Shown here: positions 12,256 through 23,789 of the stretch, piece by piece
How positions within the stretch are numbered: the first letter of the stretch is position 1
How the letters are laid out: each line of letters starts with the position of its first letter
Assembly (NCBI RefSeq): GCF_006345805.1
Contig: NC_043011.1
Span: 63,314,464 to 63,378,463 of the forward strand
DNA: 64,000 nucleotides
Direction of reading: 5' to 3'
Source of the DNA: Octopus sinensis
Lineage: Eukaryota
Notes under the pieces: model-generated
Databases searched by the model: none
What the model was told of the DNA's origin: nothing
What the model saw: the letters and a program-made list of their open reading frames with translations, nothing else
Program-made: the position numbers and the translations under genes

Positions 12256-12492
12256 CGCAGAGAAAAAAATCTTTTTATAAATTTTTCCTTCCCTAAGACA
12301 TACCACTGCCAGCGGGAGTGACTGTTTAAGGATCTGAGAAATTGTAATTGCCCCCACCTCCATTATTTTAATTCTCTCACTGTGGCCGTAGCAACAGTGA
12401 CCACGGTGGTTGTAGTAGTAGTGCTAGTGGGAGCAGTCGTAGTGGTTGTGGTAGAGTTTCGTTTTTCTTTTTCGGAAGACCAATGTTTTGTT

Positions 12493-13201
12493 TCAATATT
12501 CCTGGCCCAGGGTGTTCAAACTTGGTCTAAATTTTTTGATGAAATAATGTTCTTTATTTTGACGTTGCGTGAAGGTTGCGCTGTCACTGAATTTGTAAAG
12601 TGGGTAAGTTGTTTCATTTGCAGCACATCTATCTATGTGTCCGCTGACCGGTATTTTCCGGTATTCAGGGTTTCTAATTTGTGATTTATGCACCGCCATC
12701 CTGTTACGTAAGCTATTTTTTGTATGGCCTATATATTGCCTATTGCAGCCTGCGCATGTTAAGACGTAAATTAAGTTTTCTGAGGCACAGATGAAGTTTG
12801 TTCTAATGGTGAACTGATGGCCTTGTTCTAGTATAAATTCTGAACCTTCTACCAAGATGACACAGATTCCGCAGTTGGGCCTTCCACATTTTCTAACTGC
12901 TGGTTTTGTGGTTGATGTTGAGTGCAGTTTAGCTTGGGTTAAAATCATTTTCAAGGATTTTGGTTGCCGTTTACTTTTAATGATGGTGTGTGTTTCGAGG
13001 ATCCGGTTCATCTTTGGGTCTCCCTTTAGCAGGACTGTGCTTTGTAGTATGGTGCTGAATGCCTCGTTGTTAAGTGGGTTGTGTGTAGAGATGTAGGGAA
13101 GTTTTTTTAGTTGTTCTTTCTTTTATGGTTTTGTTTGTCTCAGGTCTTCTATACTTAATTTAAGTGCCCGTTGGATTGCACTGTCTATTAGGGGCTGTAT
13201 C
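12493..13201 (-). mobile_element. Penelope-like retroelement 3' part: RT-thumb linker plus GIY-YIG endonuclease
   Basis: ORF 12493-13011 with CGRPNCGIC, LIYVLTCAGC..QYIGHT..LRNRMAVH, HIDRC, E.YFIKKFRPSLN. Upstream LPYISTHNP linker. Confidence 0.85.
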
Positions 13202-13307
13202 CAGAACAACTGGAAAAGATACCCTTCCCTACATCTCTACACACAACCCACTTAACAATGAGGCCTTCAGCACCATACTTCAAAGCATTATTATTGCTAT
13301 TATTATT

Positions 13308-13525
13308 ACTCTTTTACTCATTTACTCTTTTACATGTTTCAATCATTTGACTGCGGCCATGCTGGAGCACCGCCTTTAGTCGAGCAAATCCACCCCGGGA
13401 CTTATTCTTTGTAAGCCCAGTACTTATTATATCGGACTCTTTTGCCGAACCGCTAAGCAACGGGGACATAAACACACCATCATCGGTTGTCAAGCAATGC
13501 TACGGGGACAAACACAGACACACGA

Positions 13526-13562
<37 letters not shown>

Positions 13563-13730
13563 CATATATACGACGGGCTTCTTTCAGTTTCCGTCTACCA
13601 AATCCACTCACAAGGCTTTGGTCGGCCCGAGGCTATAATAGAAGACACTTGTCAAGGTGCCACGCAGTAGGACTGAACCCGGAACCATGTGGTTGGTAAA
13701 CAACCTACTTACCACACAGCGACTCCTGCG
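13308..13730 (-). mobile_element. Full-length major-family tRNA SINE
   Basis: Reverse complement of 7405-7810. Confidence 0.9.
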
Positions 13731-13801
<71 letters not shown>

Positions 13802-14029
13802 TTTGTCGTTCTGATATATCGTAGTGTTGACGGGCTAATTCGTTTCCATAATCTTACTGTCTGTCTGTCTGCCGGTAGAATCGCTAGCGTTGTGGACAGA
13901 ATGTTCAACGGTATTTCGTCCATATTTACGTTGTGAGATTAAGTTCTACCGCGGTCCAATTTTCCACAAACACACACACGCACACATACGACGGTTATTA
14001 CGCTGGGATTAAGGTCGCAGACGGTTGCT

Positions 14030-14600
14030 CTTCTTTGGAGTATGTGAGTTAAAATATAGCCTGTGCATGCAGGTAGAGAACGTGTAATTACGAATGTTTA
14101 GGGTGTTATCTGTTGATTGTATAATATCTAGTTTTTCAGTAATTGAGAGTTCACATTTGGTAACCCGTAAACCGTATCTTTTGGCTTTAGCAGTATTTTT
14201 CCATTCTATGTGGGAGTTGGTTATTCTATCTTATTTCAATGTCCATGTCATATTTGAAAAGTGTTGTTGCATGATTTTATTTTTCTCTCTGAATGACATC
14301 AGGTGTTGTGTGTAAATTTCCTCGAACTAGTTGCCCGTCATTCGGATATACGTCTTTGGTACTCCGTTGGGGTCCCTGATCTTGGCCTTGTACACGAGTT
14401 CTTTTTAGAGACGGCTGTTTTTTAGAGATCAACGGTTTGGTTTTGGCATCTGCAATTGCATTGTGTTCCTGGTCTGTTTATATTTATTGTGGTTGAGCAT
14501 TATTGACCCTAAATTAGGGGAGGCAACTGCAGTTAACTTTAACGGTATATCTTGTGGTATTTGCGTGAATGTGGAGAGCGGATGCCTATGAATTAAAAAC
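14030..14600 (-). pseudogene. Frameshifted Penelope-type GIY-YIG relic (second family)
   Basis: Manual translation: QCNCR...KELVYKAKIRDPNGVPKTYIRMTGN*FEEIYTQHLMSFRE. Confidence 0.7.
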
Positions 14601-14859
14601 ATTTTCCTTGTATGTCAGTAGCTACTTTCATGTTATAAATTATTTTAAACCATAAGATTCCCTCTGTCAGATTCTACTTGGTCTATTTATATTTAGGTTA
14701 GTGTAGAATATGCTATAACTCTGCATTAATAAATCCAGCTGTATGAATAAAGTCTGCAACATGGCATACACTAAAAACACATCGTTGGTAACTTAAAAGC
14801 CAAGGCGATAGGTCACCGCAAATACACATTTAAGTTTGCGTACACTTTTCAATCCAATA

Positions 14860-15128
14860 CATCTTTGCAGAATATATTCTTTGTGTAAGTTCTTCCTCTT
14901 TTATTCCCTTGTTTGTCAGTGTTAATGACTTAAAACTCTCAAACCAGAGAATGCGCGAGCCCTTGTGAATGCAACATATAACTTACCATGGCCAAATTCA
15001 GTCTCAGCCAAGAAGGCCCCCACTTTATCAAATGTCTGTCCTTGTGATTTATTGAAAGTAATTGCATGTGATACGCGAACAGGGAACTGATATCTTTCTG
15101 AAATAAATGGTAAGTTTGGGATGCGCAT
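14860..15128 (-). mobile_element. Helitron PIF1-like helicase C-terminal fragment
   Basis: YQFPVRVSHAITFNKSQGQTFDKVG...HGKLYVAFTR (helicase motifs V-VI). Confidence 0.85.
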
Positions 15129-15758
15129 GCGTTAAGTGATGGGTGATATAAAGATACGTCAATAACAAAAAATCGTTTCACTATGCACTCACCATCACTA
15201 ATGAACCCCCATCACCACCACCAAAATCATACTTTTCTCTCTCTTTCTCTTTGCCTTTCTTTAATCTCACCATCAGAACATCACCACCCCCGTTAAAATT
15301 ATATTCCTAACTCCCCTGTATATGACAATATTCAACTAACATTTTTAATCTTTTAATAGATGTTACGTTCTGCCTACCAGATGTCATGGACGCTTCTCCG
15401 TATAATCTCTATCTATCTCCTTCTATCTCACTCTTCGTCTTATCTTCTCTCTCCTTTTTCATTCTCTTGTTTTCACTTTCCCTTCAACTAATCAGGTGAA
15501 AGCGTTAAAATTACGTTCCCTTTACCCTACGCCGTGGACGCTTCTCTCGCCATATTTTTATCCAAACACTTAAAAGCCTTACTGACGTACTAGGTAACGC
15601 ATGGACAAGCAGAATTATTATAAGAGGAATTATATGTTACAAACATTATCTTTATTTTTTTCCGTTGTATTGTAATTTTTCTTAATTCCTGTATCTGATC
15701 ACAGCACTTCAACTTCATTTATTCTGTTCCATTCCTTATTTCTCTTGATGCATTTTAG

Positions 15759-15906
15759 ATATGACAAATATCAACATGTTGGAGAATGTTTAAGGCCAGA
15801 ACATGCTTATGTAAAGAGAAACTGCGTTGCACAACCAGAAAAAAACAGATATTTCTGCTATGTAGGGAGCAATGTAATCGATTCAATAGGTCCCACTGAA
15901 CGTTGA
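15759..15906 (+). CDS. Candidate terminal exon of an unrelated gene: YDKYQHVGECLRPEHAYVKRNCVAQPEKNRYFCYVGSNVIDSIGPTER*
   Basis: Pyrimidine-rich acceptor tttctcttgatgcattttag, 48 open codons to TGA, AATAAA at 15911; upstream exons not established. Confidence 0.4.
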
Positions 15907-16367
15907 GATAAATAAAAATTTAAGTATACGTTATACTCAGAATCCGTTGTTTCTACTATAATCAACAAGCACTTAGGATTTCCTCACGTAGATCCAGTGA
16001 CTAATATCGTGGCAGACTACAGGCAGCCATAGGCAGCGAACGTGCTTTGTCAGCATAATACTAGTGGCATACACAAAATGGAGTTTCAATGAAAATTTAA
16101 ATCTAAACTTTAAATGAGATATGTTGGTGTATAATTATTGCGGCATTTTTCAACAAAATTTATTCAATAAAGATAATAGCAATATAAAACAAAAACATCA
16201 TTAAAGAACGGCCTGGCCATCTGCTAAGCAAATTAGCAGTAGTAATTGAAGTAGATAATGAATATGCTCCGGAATAATTATGTAAATATGTTTTTGTTAT
16301 ATGTTATATTTTTTGTTGACTAACGTTTGTTGAAAGAAAGCCGTAATAATTCTCAACCGAAACAATA

Positions 16368-16429
<62 letters not shown>

Positions 16430-16436
16430 AAGATAA

Positions 16437-16502
<66 letters not shown>

Positions 16503-16559
16503 GGATGGATATATAGATACATAAATAAGTAAACTTATGTATATGTGGAAGTGCATGTA

Positions 16560-16619
<60 letters not shown>

Positions 16620-17065
16620 TATATAAATGGATAGCTGTACGTGTGTATATATTAATATATATAAATATGTCTATATGAATGTGTGTATTATGCAAAAGGA
16701 CGGTTATAGACCTAGCTACTAATAGATTTAAACTGAGGAATTTGCGTAATTTCAATTTGATTGTTTATCTAAGATTAAACTCGCTTTCAAGAAGTGATTT
16801 CATTTTCTTAAAGTGCCAGCAGTAACAGAAAATTCCAATTGCTATGTCGATCAGATTGAACCTCATTATATTTAAAAGTATTTTATTCTCCTTAAAAAAC
16901 TTAGTTTTGTAAATGAAGTGGAAACGGTTACAATTTATGAGATGTGTCATTTGCTTGTACGACATATTTAAATTGAATTAAATTTACCATTGAATAATTA
17001 AATTTTTTAATTCTTCAATTTATAGATTTGGTTCCCAGTTTTAATTGGTAAACACACACACACAC

Positions 17066-17124
<59 letters not shown>

Positions 17125-18221
17125 CATATATATACATATACAGATATATATACACATATATATCTATATAAATTTGTATACAAACACGAAGACACGTACA
17201 ATAGGGGGAGTTCGTCCAAATATGTCTGTATACAGTAATACAAATACTTCTACTACTATTAATAATAATGCTAATAATAATTTAGACTAGGGGAGGCGAT
17301 AAAAGCTAGACGAAAGATGATGAGATTTAACCAGTGGGGATCGAACGCCTCATGAAGGCTTACATTGCTCCGTAGACCGCGCATCAATTTCATTCAAATT
17401 AATGTATATATATATATATATATACACTCGTATATACACTCTGCATATTTTCTAGTATCCCCGCACGGGCGTCTGTTGAATCGGGACCAGATTTCCCATG
17501 CAGTGGGACTGAAACCGCACCCACATGTGTAGTTCAAATGCACCCTTGTCAACACTCACTAACGTCCGCACTTGTGTTGAAATTTATTTGCATTGGCCTG
17601 ATCATAAAGTTTAGGTTTTGTCTTTTGTAAAAGATTCCATAGAATTTTCTTAAATTTCTCCCACACTAGTTTACTTGGTAAATTGCGCCGTAAGCGCTAT
17701 CCTTTGTGATTCTAACAATGTTAACCTGTGGAGTAATATGGCCGTGCAGACAGGAGATTGTGGCATTATATCCTGGTCACCGAAAATATATTCGTAGAAT
17801 ATTACATAAATCACATCGTTTCTTCGAGTTTCACGTACAAAGTCAGCTTTTATGTCAGAGGAAATTATTTGAGACAAAAGTTTAAATGGGATATACATAC
17901 GTCAACTTCCAGATATACAGGATTTTAATGCCTTTCACACAAACATAGGATCTAACAAGTTGAAGTTAAAGCGCTGCAAACAATAGCGTCTAGCAATCTC
18001 CTTGCATCTACTTAAGAGTAGAAATGAAAATTAAATAAATTTGTCTCGCCACAAATTTATTGGCTGATATTAAAAATATTAACATTCGATAGTTACTCAT
18101 TTTGCGATACTTTCATTCTCGTACAGCTGAATTTGAGATTAAACAAGAGGAAAACATGTTACATGCTATATACTTCTTTATATATCATTACAATTATAGA
18201 ATTATTTAATAATAAGGAAGT

Positions 18222-18262
18222 TCACTGCTCATATTCGGAATATTCGTCAGATTTCACCAGAC
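18222..18262 (-). CDS. Gene B tentative terminal exon: (G)LVKSDEYSEYEQ*
   Basis: Strong acceptor tttttgtcacattgcag; phase 1 open to TGA; conserved at 45634-45674. Confidence 0.35.
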
Positions 18263-18411
18263 CTGCAATGTGACAAAAATATGTTCAATAGAGTGGTTTT
18301 AGCAGAGGTAATCTTTTATTCTTCGAAATAAACATGTAATTATAAACGTAATTTTAAGGAAAACGTATGTTTAACTGATTTCTGTGCGTTTTCTCGTGTT
18401 TTATCCTTCAC

Positions 18412-18488
18412 CTCTTAAAAACCGCTGTTTGTTTGATGACGTCTCCGTATCATTCTCCATTTGCGAAATGGCACCAAAAGTATAAATA
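18412..18488 (-). CDS. Gene B tentative exon: (R)IYTFGAISQMENDTETSSNKQRFLR(G)
   Basis: Phase-compatible open frame and donor gtgaag, but weak acceptor; conserved at 45824-45900. Confidence 0.3.
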
Positions 18489-18728
18489 CTGGAGTTGTTT
18501 TCTTGTACAGAACCCTTAAATGTGGTGCTCTAACATGACCGCAGTCATACGAAAGAAACAAGCAATACAACGCTAAAGTTGCTGTACAGTTCTTTCTTAT
18601 ATATCTCTCGCATTTTATATAGTCTACTTTGTGTATATCACACCAAGATAATATTGGGAAGTGAGCGAAGGCATAAATGAATAATAAACTATAGTAAAAT
18701 AGGAACATGTTATAATTGCAATAGTTAC

Positions 18729-18773
18729 CGAATGTTAAACTGCTTCCAACTAGTTAACTCTTCGACGGTCGTA
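18729..18773 (-). CDS. Gene B probable exon: TTVEELTSWKQFNI(R)
   Basis: Acceptor atatttttttcag, donor gtaact; only the phase-2 frame is open; conserved at 46141-46185. Confidence 0.5.
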
Positions 18774-19348
18774 CTGAAAAAAATATTTGATATATTAGGA
18801 TTCATATTAATACCCCCTATTCCAAGTTCATTTTTTATCTCCAGAGTTACGTTCATCAATTGGATTCAAGTTCATTATACAAATACCTATGTGTTAAGTT
18901 TCAACTGTTTGAAATATTACGAAGAATTAAAGCAGATTCTTATTTATTTCGTTATCGCGCTTAAATTTTGCATGATACTGTTTGAATCGAGGCATAATAT
19001 AGTTTTTCTTATTGTGTGTGAAATTATAAAAATATTACAATTGCAAGTGTAATATCGCTAAATATGTTGCTTGGAATAAACAGGAAATTTGATCGATGTT
19101 CTCGTATTGCCACTATATCATCGATTAGCTAATGTTTGTGTACCGAGTTAAAAACAAGAACCGGTACTACACGAGATCTAATTGACCAAACGCTCTAAGT
19201 GTACAGCATTTGGTTGTCATTCGCGGTCGATTTAATGGTAGACCAATATTTCAATGATAAATATTGTTTCGAATTATGGGACAAAGCTTGTAGGATACGA
19301 ATGTCAATGATGAAATGTCATGATGCCAGTGGACACTACACGTGTTAC

Positions 19349-19386
19349 TAAGTCCATTGTTTCGTGGAATCTTTCTCTTGCAACAA
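19349..19386 (-). CDS. Gene B tentative exon 4: LLQEKDSTKQWT(Y)
   Basis: Acceptor tattgttattag, donor gtaaca; phase 0 to 2 bridges exon 3 to 18729-18773; conserved at 46741-46778. Confidence 0.4.
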
Positions 19387-19548
19387 CTAATAACAATATA
19401 CGTTACAAAAGATGACGTTTTGTATTTCAAATATGAACTTCAAATAAATGAATAAGAAAAGTTAGTACGCTATCGTTTCACAGAATAAACTAACGTAAGT
19501 GTCATTTAGAATGAATTACGCAGAAACAAAGTAAATTAAATTAATTAC

Positions 19549-19642
19549 CGCAGGAATGCAATGATCAGTAAACAGGTTGTGGAAATAGTGACCACATATT
19601 GCACGCACATCATTTAGGCAATCATAATAATAAATCCAACGT
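19549..19642 (-). CDS. Gene B exon 3: (V)RWIYYYDCLNDVRAICGHYFHNLFTDHCIPA
   Basis: Acceptor ctttttgtatttatcttacag, donor gtaatt; only the phase-2 frame is open; homologous to 340-428. Confidence 0.85.
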
Positions 19643-19710
19643 CTGTAAGATAAATACAAAAAGGTTTCATTTCGGATATATTAATGTCACTGTCAAGAAA
19701 TGGTGATTCT

Positions 19711-22700
19711 CGAAGGCCAGACCATCCCAACCCGGAGATTTCTCTCTTGCGCAGTCCGTCATCGCATCCCATGTGTCTTCTGCTGTTATTAGCATTTAGC
19801 AGAACACCGCATCCCTGGCTGAGAGGCGCGTCATGTTGCTGATTTAGGTGGTGTAATTCACTAGCGTCCTAGAATCACTGCGCGCTCCATACAGTTCGGT
19901 GAAGTGCCGCCGAAACACTGCCCACTTTGTCTTGCATTGGGTTATCATGCACACGCAGACTGAATTGTTGATTTGTATCTACGTAGTGCTTGGAACATCC
20001 GGACCCATCAAACGGCTTTCGTCCCTTCTCGTCTTAGTGCACGTGTCCTAGCTTTGACACCCTAACCTTCATGCTTCACATTTGATAATTGGTCAAGTAT
20101 CAATCTCGCTGCAGAAAGCGCCGACCGCTATTCCTTCCCATAGAACCACTTCTAGCTCCGTTATTAGGTCACTCCCTATCCTAGATTCCTCTAATGCTGT
20201 TACTAAAATCTATCGCCACTACTATTAGAGGCCGTTTTAAAAGTATCTGCCATCCGTTGTTTATTGCGCTCGCCATCTGTGAATGGGCTAACTTGCTAAC
20301 CTGGACTACGAAAGCTTGGCCTACCTGTAAGGACGCCTTTATCTTCCAGTTTCGAGAACTGCAAATATCGCCGGCCGTTATTCCTTCCCCTATCGCCACT
20401 TCTAGCTCCCTAACTCGGTCTCCCTCTGTCCTAGATTCACCTAACTCTATGATTAAAATTTACTGCCTCTAGTATAACAGGCCGTTTTAAACCTACCATC
20501 CGTTATTGACTATTGCGCTCGCCAACTCTCGATGGACTAACTTGGTAACCTGTTCTATGAAATCTTCGCTCGCCAGGAAGGATGCCTTCAGCTTTCAGTA
20601 TCCAGGACACTCTCAGACATAGAGATCACAAATTTATGGTCCCCGTAGCCGACGATTTTGAACTTAGGATAACTCATACTACTTGTATGTACAGGCCATC
20701 TGCATACCATCTGGAAGGCCCGATGCACTTCGACCATCTTCACATTGGTGTATTCAGTAAATGTCATCCAACTGGAAGGAACGTGGCGGGATTGTGCGGT
20801 TTTTACACCCCACTATTCCTATCAGTATGAATAAATCAGGATGCCCTGCCCCCGTGTGGGTGTTAACAGCAACCACTCTAGATGTACGACCTCCAATGTC
20901 ACTCTCCTCCACGACCAAAATCGTACTCTGCGGTTCCAGGAAGATCATTCGAACTTCGAAATCCAAGCTTTCCTACAGAGCAGTGTGACATTGCCTCCCA
21001 TTCCGGGCCAATAACAGATTCGATAATCTCATAATCGATGAAAATGAATATAAATTGGCGTGTGTCGTAAATTCCAGCCTCACTGGCTGCTATCATATCC
21101 AAACCTAGTGACCTGACGTCCTTGAGAAAGCGACCTGTCTTCCAGGGTGGTTTCATGTCAGGAACATTTAGACAGACTACTCAGACAATCGCAAATGTTT
21201 CACGCGGAAAATCTGTCTGGATTTCTGTGTATGCTTGGAGGGGTAGACCATGGGTGTTGTAAATTGCAAACATTCTCTCAATCTCCTTGTTTCTGGTTGA
21301 GAGCCAACAAATATTTGTTGTGTCATCTCACGAGCACTAAATTCGATTTTTCCGTATTGGTGACTGTGAGCATGGGGGCTACGTGTAGTGCCTCCGTGTG
21401 GTTGTGGGTGCATTGATAGACTTAGCTCGGGTAGTGGTGATTGTGCGAATGTTGGTGCAGGTGTTGTTTCTGTTGTGTCTATTTTCAATGTGTTCGGGGG
21501 GGGGTGCTGTGTTTTCGGGTTTTGGTGTAGGATTCTCTGTTTTCTCTTCGTTTGAGGTGAAATGTTCTCTGTAAGATCTGTCACGGATTGGCAGTGTGTC
21601 TGTGTTAGTGTTAGCCTCTTTGTGTAATTATATGCATGAGACAGGTTACGAGGAGTCCCTTTTCAATGATACTCTGAGTGCATTCCCCCATTGAAAGAGG
21701 CTCAAATAAGTCAGTCGTTTATGGAGATGAGGCTATCACTTCATTAAGAGATATCGGTCGTTGCTCTTGCTGGGGATGCAATGTAGTCTTTTTCGGGCAG
21801 AAGTCTCTGAGGTGGCATGCGGGACTACAGATGACGTATCTTGATTTGCTGCCTTCCACGTCGAGACATAGTTCCAGCTCTTTGGACAGCAGGGTCACGT
21901 CCGGGATCTTCTTGATATCTGGATTTACATAGATTAATAATTTCAAGTTGATCTCACACAAAGTTCTCATTCCTCACCCGTTTTACCTCCAAGAGTGACT
22001 CTGTTTTATGTACGACACAGATAACAATCCAAAACACGTGTACTCCCCAAAGCACGCTATTTACGCAAATTATAGTTGTTATCTTTGGGAGGTAGGTGGG
22101 ATATTGACGACAAACTCCTCAGGCCACCGAGGTGGCACAGCATGACTTCGGGCGAGACCCTCGCTTTTAAAGGGGACCTCAAAGCTGGTAAACTGCTTCC
22201 CTCTCTGTATATGTGCCTCATCTATGAAGATATCTCTGAGGAATTCCTCGATGTGACTAATGAAATCAGTTTCTGCTCTTTTACTTCTTCCCTTTTGCCT
22301 CTATTATTTCGGTAGGTACGAGCACTACAACCTTATATCATCAAAATTAATGATGTCTTTCGCTTTTGAGAGTTCACGTGTTTTGTCCTCGAGTGTGATT
22401 GCAAACATTTCTCTCTTCGTGATCGCTTCTTCAGCAAACATTTTATTTTTGTCATTGTTTTTTTTTGTTGTCGTTGCTGTTTTTATTCTTGTTACTTCTG
22501 TGCTATTGTTGCTGCTGATGGTGGTGGTGCCGTTGTGGCCACTTTACCTGTTGCCACATTCACAACTATTGTCACATTTATTTCCCTCCAATCCGATTTG
22601 AATAATAGCATTATGTTTTCCGCTAAAATCCGTAGCATTATTAATGAAAACGCAATATCTTCTACTATTGTCACTCCTACCTCTTCTGGTGGCCTGTCAT
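19711..22700 (-). mobile_element. Decayed L1/Tx1-like LINE (ORF1-like part, APE endonuclease, start of RT)
   Basis: Broken APE pieces (DMIAASEAGI, GGRTSRVVAVN, RLDR), zinc-knuckle-like CxxxCHxxxxC, RT-proximal KSPG.DGL motif; GC-richer than flanks. Confidence 0.7.
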
Positions 22701-22725
22701 CTTTACTAATTGTAAACACACACAT

Positions 22726-22808
<83 letters not shown>

Positions 22809-23132
22809 TGCCACAGACTTCTTTCAGTTTCCGTCTACCAAATCCATTCACAAGGCATTGGTCGTCCCGGGGCTATAGCAGAAGACACTTGCCCAAGACA
22901 CTTCTGTGCTATCGTTGCTGCTAATGGTGGTGCCGTTGTGGCCACTTCACCTGTTGCCACATTCACAACTATTGTCACCTTTATTCCCCTCCAATCCGCT
23001 TTGAATAATAGCATTATTTTTTCCGCTAAAATCCGTAGCATTGTTAATGAAAACGCAATATCTTCTACTTTTGTCATTCCCACCACTTCTGGTGGCCTCT
23101 CACCTTAAATAATTGTAAACACACACATACAT

Positions 23133-23219
<87 letters not shown>

Positions 23220-23310
23220 TGCCACAGGCTTCTTTCATTTTCCGTCTACCAAATCCATTCACAAGGCATTGGTCGGCACGGGGCTATAGCAGAAGATACT
23301 TGCCCAAGAT
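22494..23310. repeat. Tandem duplication of about 406 bp, present in copy 1 only
   Basis: acttctgtgct at 22494 and 22900; single copy at about 50426-50785. Confidence 0.9.
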
Positions 23311-23383
23311 ACCACTCAGTGGGACTGAACCGGAACCATGTGGTTGGTTAGCAAGCTACTTACCACACAGCCACTCCTGCGCC

Positions 23384-23425
<42 letters not shown>

Positions 23426-23789
23426 CAACACAAACCAACACAAACCTCATCTCGGCTCTATTGTTAACCAAATATGAAAGTATTATTTGACAGGCAAGAA
23501 CTCTGGCGTTGAAGACAGTCAGCAAGCCAACCGCCAAGCCAGCCAAAGAGACAGACAGACACTACTGTGATGGTGATAATGATAAAAAACAAAAATAACA
23601 ATAATAAGATACTGCTGTGACTACACATAAAACAATAGTGATGGTGATGATGATGATGATGATGATGGTGATGATGATAATGATGATGGTAATGGTGGTG
23701 ATAATGATGATAGTGATAATAATGGTGATGATAATAACTATAATAATCCGACTACGGCTGCTATAATGGTACGATTATAATTGTAACGG

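Noticed and set aside
17325-17390. tRNA-like B-box (gttcgatccc) on the minus strand
   Set aside because: No complete cloverleaf could be folded; at most a decayed SINE head.
18225-18250. CTGACGA followed by a hairpin on the minus strand (hammerhead-like)
   Set aside because: Followed by GAGC instead of GAAA, and no stem I or III.
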